64,000 nucleotides of DNA from an uncultured Acidimicrobiia bacterium (GTDB lineage Bacteria > Actinomycetota > Acidimicrobiia > Acidimicrobiales > AC-14). Below are positions 28,730 to 38,327 of the stretch, piece by piece. How positions within the stretch are numbered: the first letter of the stretch is position 1; every line of letters starts with the position of its first letter. The stretch is taken from the NCBI GenBank assembly GCA_963836205.1, contig CAWIIV010000022.1, positions 38,935-102,934 of the forward strand, read 5' to 3'. The notes beneath the pieces are model-generated. The model had not been told where the DNA came from and ran no database searches. It saw nothing but the letters and a program-made list of their open reading frames with translations. A program made the translations under genes and the position numbers.

Positions 28730-29973
28730 TCAGCCTCGGAGGCGGAGCGCCACCCGTTCGAGTGCCCTGGCCGTGACGTCGTTCAGCTGCCGTTGGAGGT
28801 CCACGTCCACCGACCCTTCGAGCTCGGCGGCGACTGCCAGGGCCTCCAGCGCCTGCACGGCGGGGCTGTGCGGCGGAATCTTCACGACCTTGCCGGAGGG
28901 AAGGATCACCCAGCCGCCGCCGTCACTGGTCACTCCGCCGAGGATCGTGCCGGGGCCGACGACCTGGCGGGGCGCCACCCGGACGCTGATCGCGACGCGT
29001 GCCGTCCCGCCGGCCTCGTCGATGCTGATCACCGACACCGACGTCCCCCCTTCAGGCTCAGGGTGAGATCGTCCGGCGCGTAGGTCTGTCCGGGCTGCCA
29101 GTCCTGCCGGTAGGGCGGCGGGTCTACGACGTCCCGCTTCGGCGGCAGGCTCGGCGCCAGGATGACGGCATTGGGCTCGTTGAGCTGGTGGATGAGGACG
29201 CCGGCTCGCGGCAGATTGTCGTCCCACGACTCGACGGTGCGGAACTCGACGTACAGGTTGCCGACGACCGCGGCCAGGTAGCCGGGCGTCTCCGGCCGGC
29301 TGAGCGAGACGAGCTCGACGACGTCGGACGACGAGTCGCCATCGGACGGCGGCCGCCAGAGGCGCCCGGGCGGGAGCCAGCCCATGCGGTCGAGATTGGC
29401 CGCGCACAGCACCGGGCCGGTGGCCCCGAAGTCGTCGTCTTCGCCGTGGTGGACGTTCATGGCGCTCATGAGGTCGTACCGGTCGTAGTACTCGCCGAGT
29501 TGGGTGTAGGACTTGAGCCGGCGGTCGGACTGGTCGTAGGAGTGCTTGAGGCCGAGGACATGGCCCGTCTCGTGGGCCATCCAGGTGACGTTCAACTCGT
29601 CCGGCCCGGCGAGAACACCGTTGCCGGAGGCGGACGCATCGCCGAGCCAATTGTTGAAGACGGCGACCACTCCCACGTACTGGCTGAAATCGACCTCGGG
29701 AAAGGCGGCGATGGCCCCGTCGATCTTGTTTCGCCGGGAGACGTGGGTGGCGATGTAGTCGTCCCGGGTCTGGTCGAGCGGTCTCCAGTCGTACACGTCG
29801 GTGCCGTCGAGGTCGGCCACCCCGCCCGACACCGAGATCCAATAGTCGTTCAGCCCGCCCCTCCCCCGGCCTGCGAACAAGTCCCGCACGAACGACAACG
29901 GCCGCGGCTCGCCCGGGTCGTCGCTGACCTTGCACAAGAGGACTGCGAACCGCTGCGAACCCGTGGCTGCCAT
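28730..29973 (-). CDS. Zinc metallopeptidase (metzincin-like), one apparent frameshift
   Basis: AHETGHVLGLKH, EYYDRYDLMS Met-turn; C-terminal part in another frame after the homopolymer at about 29045-29050. Confidence 0.7.
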
Positions 29974-30261
29974 GTCCCGCCCCTTCAATCAGACCGGCAC
30001 CGGCCGGCGATTCGGCCCTCGCGGCCGGAGAACGCGCCCGAACCGGATGGGACGGTAGGCGACGCGGCAAGATTCGGGGCGGCTCTCAGAGATGGGGAAC
30101 AGAATCGGTCCGGAATCGGCCTTGCGTGCCACGCGACCCGGTGGGGCAGCTCGAAACCGTGCCCGAGCCGTGCATCAAGGGCCGTCGCGCATTGAAGCAG
30201 TCCGCTACCGTCTGGCAGCCCCAGTGACGGGCTGAGGAATGACAGAGGCTGGAGTGTGGGC

Positions 30262-30558
30262 ATGCAGATACAGACTGGTCGGGACCTAAGCGAATGTATA
30301 CGGATCTTCCAGGACTCCATCACCAAGCGACCACTGAAGCTGAAGCCGTTTCCATTCAGGAGCGACGCGTCGCAAGTATCAGCGACTCGTGCAACTATTT
30401 CGGCCAGGTTCCAGATCGCCGAGCCCTATGGCATGGTCAGGATGCAGTGCGAGCGCCGCGACGGCGTCACCCTCGTCGACTTCTTCGTTGACGGAAATAT
30501 TCGTGGGAAGATGACAGCCAATAGTATGGCAAAGCATATTGCCTCAAAGTTAAGCTAG
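30262..30558 (+). CDS. Hypothetical protein in lower-GC islet
   Basis: 98-aa ORF (MQIQTGRDLSECIRIFQD...) with globular-looking composition. Confidence 0.5.
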   Translation: MQIQTGRDLSECIRIFQDSITKRPLKLKPFPFRSDASQVSATRATISARFQIAEPYGMVRMQCERRDGVTLVDFFVDGNIRGKMTANSMAKHIASKLS

Positions 30559-30629
30559 GGTCGCTCGAACACACGCATGATTCGCGAACGGCCGGTGGAG
30601 CCCATAAGCGCATGAGATGAGGAGGTCAA

Positions 30630-31697
30630 ATGCTTCAGATCATGTTATGTGGAGCGTCAGATACGGAGGATGTTCGCGAGCAGTTCGTCGGTGTCGTCGC
30701 GGGAATGGGCGCACAGCCCCTCCACTATTTGTCCGGCGACGTTTGGTACACGAATTCACCTACCGCAAATTGGAGTGTGAACTCCAAGCAATCGGTCCTT
30801 CAAGCCGACATCTGTGTCTTCGTGGTTATGAGGCGCTTCGGCGAGATTACCTGGAGTACAGAGCTTCAAGCAGCATTGGAAACAGGAAAGCCATTTATCG
30901 TGCTCTGTCTCGATAACACATATCAGCAATATCTCACCCTTCTGCATCATATCAGCGACCTCAGCGCTATAACGGATCAGACCGAACGCCATCTGGTCGA
31001 GGTCCTTCGGGACATGGAGCGCGAACGACAACTGACCATCGTTTCTTTTTCGCTCGCAACCGTGGCCGACACGCTTCGACGGCAGCTTGCCGCCCAGTTC
31101 AAAATGGGAATGGACCTTGTCCACTCACGAAATCAACGAGCGGCACTCGCTCTCACTATGGCCAGCCCAGAGAAGCTACGTCGGGAGGATCTCCAACGCC
31201 TAGGGGAGCTGGCCGCTGACGAGTTGGAGGACAAAGGACCACGAAAGCGGGCCATTCGAGTACTCGCGCGAGCCGGCGGGCTTGATGAGGAGGAATTGCT
31301 GGCGCTACTAGAGTCTTCGGAGCAAGGCGTCCAACGTCTCGCGATCCAAGAGCTTCCTGGCCTGTATCGGACGCGTCCACCAGACTCGTCGTTCCTGCGC
31401 CAACTCGTTGAGATCGCTAATCAGGCCGACGACGTGGGTGTGGCTAGACGGCTAATTGCTTCAATAATTGAGCTCGACCTGGGGATGGCGCTTCATGTAT
31501 TAGTCGATCTCAGCCTTCCAGAGGAAGGTTCGCGCCGACGACTCGCCCAAGCGCTAGAGAGTAAGGAGAGGGAAATACGCGACGAAAACCTGCGGGAGAT
31601 CGCGATCAAGCTGAGCGACCGTTGTCTCCTGGGACCGACTGGAACGGACTGGAAGCAAGCGTGTCGAGATTTCCAGAAGCGTTTGCGGGACGAATGA
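30630..31697 (+). CDS. DUF4062 (TIR/NDT-like) domain fused to HEAT-like helical repeats
   Basis: GAGGAGG RBS; [37 protein letters not shown] fits the DUF4062 pattern; C-terminal amphipathic helical repeats. Confidence 0.65.
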   Translation: MLQIMLCGASDTEDVREQFVGVVAGMGAQPLHYLSGDVWYTNSPTANWSVNSKQSVLQADICVFVVMRRFGEITWSTELQAALETGKPFIVLCLDNTYQQYLTLLHHISDLSAITDQTERHLVEVLRDMERERQLTIVSFSLATVADTLRRQLAAQFKMGMDLVHSRNQRAALALTMASPEKLRREDLQRLGELAADELEDKGPRKRAIRVLARAGGLDEEELLALLESSEQGVQRLAIQELPGLYRTRPPDSSFLRQLVEIANQADDVGVARRLIASIIELDLGMALHVLVDLSLPEEGSRRRLAQALESKEREIRDENLREIAIKLSDRCLLGPTGTDWKQACRDFQKRLRDE

Positions 31698-31993
31698 GCA
31701 CGACAAGACAGCCAGACCGCATTTTGGTCCGAGTAGCAGATGGTACGCGTAGAGCGAGAGTCGCCGCCTTCTCGACGAACAGAAGAGCGCGGCAAGCTGC
31801 GAAGTGTCGGCGTCGAGTAGACCGCCGAGAATCCGATATTGCCGTTGTCGAGCGATTGAAAATGGGTATCGGAAGGCCCGTGATGACTGCCGAGTGTCAC
31901 GGCGACGGCGCAAGATGGGAACGTGCGCTTGACGCGCCGCTGACCATCTGCGTTCGGGGCCAGGACGCTGCCGGCGGCGGCAGAGTAGGGGCA

Positions 31994-32686
31994 ATGGACT
32001 CGCTCGATCAGGTCACCGCCGAGGTGGTGACCTGTCACGCCTGTCCGCGGTTGGTGGCGTGGCGGGAGCAGGTGGCCGTTGAGAAGCGCGCCTCGTTCCG
32101 GGACGAGACCTATTGGGGACGGCCGGTTCCGGGCTTCGGCGACCCCGAGGCCTCGCTGCTCGTCGTCGGGCTCGCTCCCGCCGCGCACGGCGGGAATCGA
32201 ACGGGACGGGTGTTCACAGGCGATCGCTCCGGCGACTGGGTGTTTCGGGCTCTTTGGAGGGCGGGGTTAGCCAACCAGCCGACCAGCGTCGACCTCGACG
32301 ACGGGCTCGAGCTCACCGGGGCCTACGTGGCCGCGGTCGTGCGTTGCGCACCGCCGGCCAACAAGCCCACGCCCGTCGAGCGGGATACGTGCCTGGACTA
32401 CCTCCGGCGGGAACTCGCCCTTCTCGACCGCGTCCAGGTGATAGTGGTCCTGGGACAGTTCGCGCTCGACGGGGTGAGCCGGCTGTACGCGCTCCGGCCG
32501 AAGCCCAGGTTCGGTCACCTCGCCGAGCACGTCCTGCCCGACGGGCGGACGCTCCTGTGCTCGTATCACCCGAGTCAGCAGAACACCTTCACCGGCGTCC
32601 TCACCGAGGAGGCCTTCGACGCCGTCTTCGCCCGGGCCCGAGTGTTGATCGGTCCAGCTACCGAACCGCCGCCACCAGCTCGGTGA
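31994..32686 (+). CDS. udgB: Uracil-DNA glycosylase family 5 (UdgB)
   Basis: [45 protein letters not shown]. Confidence 0.93.
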   Translation: MDSLDQVTAEVVTCHACPRLVAWREQVAVEKRASFRDETYWGRPVPGFGDPEASLLVVGLAPAAHGGNRTGRVFTGDRSGDWVFRALWRAGLANQPTSVDLDDGLELTGAYVAAVVRCAPPANKPTPVERDTCLDYLRRELALLDRVQVIVVLGQFALDGVSRLYALRPKPRFGHLAEHVLPDGRTLLCSYHPSQQNTFTGVLTEEAFDAVFARARVLIGPATEPPPPAR

Positions 32687-33416
32687 CCCCGTAGACCACC
32701 GACAGCAGGCCCAGGAACCCCGCCACGGCCAGTCGTAGCCGGCGGTTGGAGGCCCGCAGCGCCAACGCCGCGCCCATGCGGGCGCCCGGGATCACCCCGA
32801 CGGCCAGCAGGAAGGCCAGCCACCAGTCGATGTCGCCCAGGACGGCGTGGGTGACGGTGCTGGGGACTGCGAGGATGCCCACGCAGGCCAGCGACGTGGC
32901 CACGGTGGCCTTCAGGGGCATGCCCAGCATCTGGTTGAAGGCGGGGACGAGCACCATCCCGCCCCCCACGCCCAGCAGCCCTGACAGCAGCCCGGCCCCC
33001 GCCCCCACCACAGCGATCACCCCGCCCGACGGCCGCGCCCCCGCCGCCCCCGCCCCAGCGACGCCGCCCGATTCCGATCCACGCTCGTCCGGCATCCGGC
33101 CCATGCGGATGGCCGTGACCCCGACGATCACAGCGGTCAGCACCATGAGCCAGTGGCCGTTCCCCGGAACCCCGTGCGACAGGAGCGACCCCAAAACGGC
33201 GCCGACGACACCCAAAGGAGCGGCCCCCGCCACGACCCGCCAGTCCACCAGGCCGTCCCGGGCGTAGCGGATCGTCCCCGCCACCGCACCCGGCAGGATC
33301 GACGGCAGGGTCGTCCCGACGGCCTCGAAGGCCGAAGCCCCCAGGAGCCGCACCCCGGGCGTCGAGATCACCGCCCCGCCCACCCCGAACGCGCCCGAGA
33401 GCATGCCCGTGAGCAC
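32658..33416 (-). CDS. Sulfite exporter TauE/SafE family
   Basis: Two SG.FGVGGG-like repeats, AVGTTL / VATSL; start uncertain. Confidence 0.85.
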   Translation of the reverse strand: MLTGMLSGAFGVGGAVISTPGVRLLGASAFEAVGTTLPSILPGAVAGTIRYARDGLVDWRVVAGAAPLGVVGAVLGSLLSHGVPGNGHWLMVLTAVIVGVTAIRMGRMPDERGSESGGVAGAGAAGARPSGGVIAVVGAGAGLLSGLLGVGGGMVLVPAFNQMLGMPLKATVATSLACVGILAVPSTVTHAVLGDIDWWLAFLLAVGVIPGARMGAALALRASNRRLRLAVAGFLGLLSVVYGVTELVAAVR

Positions 33417-33464
33417 GCCCAGATCAACGGCCAGGAGGTCGCGGATCGGCGTCGGCGGACCGAA

Positions 33465-34073
33465 CTAACGGCTGAGGGTGGTGTGCTTGAACTCGTTCAG
33501 CTCGGGCCAGCCGTGGACGAGCGCCACCGCCCGCTCGACCGTGGACCGGGCTCCGTCGGCGTCGCCCCCGGGCCGGTTCATCACCCGCACGAAGGCGGCC
33601 TCGTCGCCGACGATCACCGTGGGCACGCCGAACACCGAATGCCTGGCCACCACGTCGAGGTGCTCGCGCCGGAACGTCTCCCGAGGCTCGCCGGTGGCCA
33701 GGATGGCGAAGATCTCGTCGGGGTCGACCGCGTTGGCGGCCAGCACCCGGCGCAGGATCTCCTCCTCCCGGATGTCGAGGGCGTCGTCGTGACGGGCCGC
33801 GAACAGGGCCTGGTGGAGCTGGGGAAACGCGTCCGGGAATGCGTCGCGCACGGCCAGACCCACCTCAACCGCCAGCCGTGCCCCGGCCATACCGGGGTCG
33901 TCCCACACGTCGGGCTGGCCCTCGTCGACCTTGGTCTGGTTGAGAGAGAAGGGCACCCACCGCACCGTCCAGCCCGGCTCCTTTTGCAGGGCGACCAGCA
34001 CGTGCTCGCAGAAGTTTCGGGCGAAGGGGCAGCGGTAGTCCCAGGTGACGGCGAAGTCGAGGGTGGAGCTCAT
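33465..34073 (-). CDS. DsbA-like thioredoxin-fold protein (Rv2466c-like)
   Basis: WDYRCPFA, PFSL, VFGVPT. Confidence 0.7.
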   Translation of the reverse strand: MSSTLDFAVTWDYRCPFARNFCEHVLVALQKEPGWTVRWVPFSLNQTKVDEGQPDVWDDPGMAGARLAVEVGLAVRDAFPDAFPQLHQALFAARHDDALDIREEEILRRVLAANAVDPDEIFAILATGEPRETFRREHLDVVARHSVFGVPTVIVGDEAAFVRVMNRPGGDADGARSTVERAVALVHGWPELNEFKHTTLSR

Positions 34074-35380
34074 GGCGCAGGGCTACCCGCGGGGGCGTCC
34101 GGCGACGCTTCCGCACCGGCGGCCGGGGCCGCAGGCGGCTCGGCGGCCGGGACCACAGCGGGCACCCCGGCTGGCTCCGCACCGGCGGTCGGGTCGGCCG
34201 GCACCCCGGGGGCCGCATCGGCGGCGGGCATCGCGGCCGCAGCCTTCTTCTTCTTGGGCGGGTCCGGCGGCCGCAACCGAGGGGCGTCGACGGCCACCTC
34301 CGGCCACCGCTTGCGTTGGTTGTGGGACAGCTTGCGCAACAGCTCGATGGCGCCCGGGTCGTCGTCGCCCGGACGGCCCTCGATGGTGCCGTCCTCCAGC
34401 ATGCGCATCATGAGGTCGCGACCGAGGTCGGTGCGGACGATCGTGAGGGTCCAGTCCCCGAAGGCCCCGATGCCGCCGGTGGAGATGTCGGCGTGCTCGG
34501 CGGCGAAGTCGGGGCACATCTTGCAGCCCTCACGGGTCCAGGCGTGGCACTCCTTGAGGGGGACCTCGTGGTAGCTCCCGTCCCGCATCCAGATCTGGAG
34601 GGCGCCCTTGATGTTCATCTTCACCATGTCCTGCTTGCGGAGCCCGTGCTTGGCCTCCAGCAGCTCCTCGAAGATGGCGTCGTCGAACGTCTTGGAGCAC
34701 AGCAGGCCGAGGTTGAGGACGAAGCGGCGGGCCGGCTTCCCCGCCTTGCGCACCGTCATCACCGGCGGCACCGACGACTGGCAGCTCATGCCCACCAGGG
34801 CCAGCTTCTCTGCGCCCCCGGCCACCGCCTCCTCGTAGGCCATAGTGTTGGCCGAGTAGGTGTAGCGGCTGCCGGCCGCGGCCAGGACCTCCTCCCGGGT
34901 GCGGGCGACGCCGGGGATCGCCTTCCACGAGGTGCCGTCGCCCTCCAGATAGGAGACGAGGGCGGCGTCGATCACGTCGTGCTCGAGGGCCCAGATCAGC
35001 ATGGCCGACACCAGCCCGCCGTCCTGGCCGATCTCGCAGATCTTGGGGTCGGCGGCCCGGGCGAGAATGATGTCCTTGGAGATGCCCGACACCTGCTCCT
35101 TGGCCCGGGGTCGGCCGAAGAGGGCGGTGTCGATCTCGGGCTCCCAGTCGCGGAAGCGGGGGCAGGCCCGGGTGCACGAGGTGCAGCCCCGATCGCCGTG
35201 GCCGCAGCCACCCGGACCGTCCTCCTCCTCCAGGTGGAAGGGCCTGTAGACGCCCTCGCCGTCGTCGTAGCCGAGGACGTCGTGGGGGCAGGCGACCACG
35301 CAGCCGGCGCAGCCCGTGCACAGCCCCGAGGTCACGACCTCGGAGTACAGGTGCTTCCAGTGCAAGACCTCGCGCGCCAC
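34070..35380 (-). CDS. Coenzyme F420 hydrogenase/dehydrogenase beta subunit (FrhB/FpoF-like) with N-terminal ferredoxin
   Basis: CTGCAGCVVACP and CTSCTRACP, QDGGLVS, GSRYT, VGMSCQ, GLLC, CKMCPDFAAEHADISTG. Confidence 0.9.
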   Translation of the reverse strand: MAREVLHWKHLYSEVVTSGLCTGCAGCVVACPHDVLGYDDGEGVYRPFHLEEEDGPGGCGHGDRGCTSCTRACPRFRDWEPEIDTALFGRPRAKEQVSGISKDIILARAADPKICEIGQDGGLVSAMLIWALEHDVIDAALVSYLEGDGTSWKAIPGVARTREEVLAAAGSRYTYSANTMAYEEAVAGGAEKLALVGMSCQSSVPPVMTVRKAGKPARRFVLNLGLLCSKTFDDAIFEELLEAKHGLRKQDMVKMNIKGALQIWMRDGSYHEVPLKECHAWTREGCKMCPDFAAEHADISTGGIGAFGDWTLTIVRTDLGRDLMMRMLEDGTIEGRPGDDDPGAIELLRKLSHNQRKRWPEVAVDAPRLRPPDPPKKKKAAAAMPAADAAPGVPADPTAGAEPAGVPAVVPAAEPPAAPAAGAEASPDAPAGSPAP

Positions 35381-35615
35381 GGGTCCACTGTATGGCCGCG
35401 GCACCGTTCCGGAATCCGACGGCTGGCCCACCGGGAGGTTTCCGGGAGGTGAAGGTGGATCGCCGCGGTTGACAACCGAACCCCTCGGGCATACTTTGAG
35501 ATCGTAGGACGGGTGTCTTATTTTGGGCAGTCGTCCGCCATCAGGTGCCAGCGCGCCTACCTGCCCCGGACCCCGGCAGCGTCGCATTTTCGACGTCGAG
35601 GGAGGGGAGGAGCAG

Positions 35616-35918
35616 ATGACGACACAAGCGAAGCTCGTCCCGCGGACGCCGTCCCAGCCGGACCACGGCTGGCGGGACTCGGCGGGTTGCCGGTCCGCCG
35701 ACCCGGAGATGTTCTTCCCCGTGGGCGACGCCCCTGCTGCCGACGAAGCCGCGTCGGTGGCCAAGGCGGTGTGCCGGACGTGCGTCGTGCGGTCGCCCTG
35801 CCTGGAGTACGCACTCGCAACGAAGCAGGTGGACGGCATATGGGGCGGCACCACCGAGCGTGAGCGGCGACGGCTGCGGCGCGCCTGGGTCGCGGCCCGC
35901 CGCCTGCGGGCGGGATGA
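35616..35918 (+). CDS. WhiB family regulator
   Basis: WRDSAGC...FFP, CRTCVVRSPC, GIWGGTTERER; GAGGAG RBS. Confidence 0.92.
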   Translation: MTTQAKLVPRTPSQPDHGWRDSAGCRSADPEMFFPVGDAPAADEAASVAKAVCRTCVVRSPCLEYALATKQVDGIWGGTTERERRRLRRAWVAARRLRAG

Positions 35919-35993
35919 CCGACATGGGGGTCGCTGCGCTGGTGGCCGCTTTCCCGAGATCCCGTGATGCCATCCGCCTCGGAGGCTCGCGGT

Positions 35994-36040
35994 GCCGCCG
36001 ATCCGCCGCCCTTGCCCCCCTTGGGCGGCGGATCGGCGGC
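35994..36040. other. Perfect 18-bp hairpin with C-rich loop
   Basis: GCCGCCGATCCGCCGCCC-TTGCCCCCCTT-GGGCGGCGGATCGGCGGC. Confidence 0.8.
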
Positions 36041-36085
36041 CGAACGTCATCACGAAACGACGAAAAGACACGAAGGAAGTAGCCC

Positions 36086-36169
36086 ATGAGATTTCTCATA
36101 ACGCTGTTGATCATTTTCGCCATATTCGCCGTCGCCGGGTGGGGATGGAGGTTCACCAAGCGCCGCTGA
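36086..36169 (+). CDS. 27-aa single-TM peptide, not in the ORF track
   Basis: GAAGGA RBS; MRFLITLLIIFAIFAVAGWGWRFTKRR. Confidence 0.65.
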   Translation: MRFLITLLIIFAIFAVAGWGWRFTKRR

Positions 36170-36184
36170 GCGACGCGGTGGTGG

Positions 36185-36874
36185 TCAGCTCCTTGACGGC
36201 ACCTGAAGCAGTCGGGTGATCGGCGAGCCGTCGAGGTCGTCGAGGATGCGGGCGCAGTCGTCGTACACGGCGACCGCGCCCGCATCCTCCAGCTCCTGGC
36301 GGCTGATGCCGCCTGACGTCACCCCCACCACCCGCAGGCCGACCTTGGCCGCGGCCTCCACGTCCCAGACGGTGTCGCCCACGACGATGGCCTGGTCCGG
36401 GTCGAGGCCGGTGGTCTCCAGGGCGGCGACGAAGATGTCGGGCTCGGGCTTGCTCTGGTCGACGTCGTCGGCCCCCACGACGTGGTCGATGCTGCCGTCG
36501 GGCGCGCACACGGCCTTCAGCATGGCGTCGAGCTGCTCCGAGTTGGCCGATGAGGCGAGGGCGACCACTGCCCCCCGCCGGTGGACCTCGGCGAGCAGGT
36601 GGGCCGCGCCTGGGAGGGATCGGACCTCGGGCATGAGGTCGCGGAAGTGGCGGCTGTGGCCGTCCTCGACCTTGACGTCCGGGCGACCGAGGAGGCGTTC
36701 GACAAGAAGGTCGCTGCCCATGCCGATGAGTCGGTGGATGTCGGCCATCGCCACGTCCTCGCCCGCGTCCCGGAAGGCCCGGGCCCAGGCCACCACGTGG
36801 AGGTAGTTGGTGTCGGCGAGCGTGCCGTCGACGTCGAAGATGACACCGGTCTTCGTCACTGGGCTCGGGGCCAT
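36185..36874 (-). CDS. HAD family hydrolase
   Basis: FDVDGTL, SKPEPD, VGDTVWD. Confidence 0.92.
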   Translation of the reverse strand: MAPSPVTKTGVIFDVDGTLADTNYLHVVAWARAFRDAGEDVAMADIHRLIGMGSDLLVERLLGRPDVKVEDGHSRHFRDLMPEVRSLPGAAHLLAEVHRRGAVVALASSANSEQLDAMLKAVCAPDGSIDHVVGADDVDQSKPEPDIFVAALETTGLDPDQAIVVGDTVWDVEAAAKVGLRVVGVTSGGISRQELEDAGAVAVYDDCARILDDLDGSPITRLLQVPSRS

Positions 36875-36906
36875 GGCTGCGGCCCTACCCGGGGTAGAAC
36901 GGATGC

Positions 36907-37449
36907 ATGCCCGCCTACGCCGCGCTCCTCCGGGCCATCAACCTCGGGAGCCGGAACAAGATCTCCATGCCCGACCTCCGCCGGCTGTTCGAGGAGGGTC
37001 TCGGGGCCGACGACGTCGAGACGCACGTGCAGAGCGGGAACGTCGTCTTCCGTCATTCCGAACGGTCGCCGGCGAAGCTGGAGTCGGCCATCGAGAAGCG
37101 GATCGCGGACGACCTCGGCCTCGAGATCACCGTCCTCGTGCGGACCAAGGCCCAGCTGGCCAAGGTGATGGCCGCCAGCCCGTTCGCCGACGGCGCCGAC
37201 GTGTCCAAGCTGCACGTCACGTTCCTCGTCGACAAGCCCGCCGCCGACAAGGTGACCGCCATCGACGCGTCGAAGTTCGCACCCGACGAGCTCGCCGTCG
37301 TCGGCCGGGAGGTCCACCTCCACTGCCCCGACGGCTACGGACGTTCGAAGTTGAGCAACGCCTTCTTCGAGAAGAAGCTGGCCCAACGGGGCACGACCCG
37401 GAACTGGAAGACGGTCACCACCCTGGCCGAGTTGACCTCGAACCGGTGA
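36907..37449 (+). CDS. DUF1697 family protein
   Basis: ALLRAINLG, THVQSGNVVF, TTRNWKT. Confidence 0.92.
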   Translation: MPAYAALLRAINLGSRNKISMPDLRRLFEEGLGADDVETHVQSGNVVFRHSERSPAKLESAIEKRIADDLGLEITVLVRTKAQLAKVMAASPFADGADVSKLHVTFLVDKPAADKVTAIDASKFAPDELAVVGREVHLHCPDGYGRSKLSNAFFEKKLAQRGTTRNWKTVTTLAELTSNR

Positions 37450-37509
37450 CACGTTCGGTTGCAGGTAGCCGACAACGTCACCGGTTGGCACGGGTAGGGT
37501 CGGCCGGCG

Positions 37510-38301
37510 ATGCCCGAGCTGGTCGAGGTGGAGGCGTACCGGCGGCTGGCCGAGGGGGTCGTCGGGCGGACGGTGGCCGAGGTGGTGGCGCCCGACGCCT
37601 GGTACCTCAAGCGGGGGCTCGACGCGGCCACCGCGGAGTCCGTCCTCACCGGCGCCACCGTCACCGGCACCCGGCGCATCGGCAAGCTCCTCATGCTCGA
37701 CCTCGACGCCCACCGTCCCGTGCTCGGGCTGCGCTTCGGGATGAGCGGACGGCTGGTGGTCGACGGCCAGGTCGGGGTCGACGAGCTGATCTACTCGTCC
37801 CGCCTGACGCTCGACCGATGGGACCGGTTCGGATTGCGGTTTACGGACGGTGGCGACTTGCGCATGCAGGACCCCCGCCGCCTGGGGGGCGTCGAGCTCG
37901 ACCCACCCGAGGCCCGGCTGGGGCCCGACGCCCTCGCCGTCACCCCCGCCGGGCTGGCCGTCGCCATCGGCCACGGCCGCAGCACCGCCCCGCTCAAGGC
38001 CCGGCTCATGGATCAGGGCCGCATCGCCGGGGTCGGCAACCTGGCCGCCGACGAGATCCTGTGGCGGGCCGGCCTCGATCCGGCCCGGCCCGCGGGCGGG
38101 CTGAGCGCCAACGAGCTGCGCCGGCTGCACCGCCACCTCCGGGGGACGATGGCCGACCTCATGGCGCGGGGCGGCTCCCACGCCGGTGACCTCATGGCCG
38201 AGCGCCGGGTGGGCGGGGTGTGTCCCAAGGACGGGGTGCCCCTCGTCCGCCGCACGGTGGGCGGTCGCACCACGTTCTCCTGCCCCAAGCACCAAACTTG
38301 A
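37510..38301 (+). CDS. Fpg/Nei family DNA glycosylase
   Basis: MPELVEVE, RIGK, FGMSG, AGVGN, C-terminal zinc finger. Confidence 0.92.
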   Translation: MPELVEVEAYRRLAEGVVGRTVAEVVAPDAWYLKRGLDAATAESVLTGATVTGTRRIGKLLMLDLDAHRPVLGLRFGMSGRLVVDGQVGVDELIYSSRLTLDRWDRFGLRFTDGGDLRMQDPRRLGGVELDPPEARLGPDALAVTPAGLAVAIGHGRSTAPLKARLMDQGRIAGVGNLAADEILWRAGLDPARPAGGLSANELRRLHRHLRGTMADLMARGGSHAGDLMAERRVGGVCPKDGVPLVRRTVGGRTTFSCPKHQT

Positions 38302-38327
38302 CGCAGGCGGTCGGTACCATCCACGAC

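Noticed and set aside
31694-31993. 100-codon in-frame N-terminal extension of udgB coupled to the DUF4062 gene by an ATGA overlap
   Set aside because: The translation looks non-globular and UdgB motifs begin at ATG 31994; probably a chance open frame, though not excluded.
34070-35380. Hydrogenase operon
   Set aside because: No large or small hydrogenase subunits or maturation genes in the window.
35994-36040. 6C RNA
   Set aside because: Only one C-rich-loop hairpin is evident; 6C RNA has two adjacent ones.
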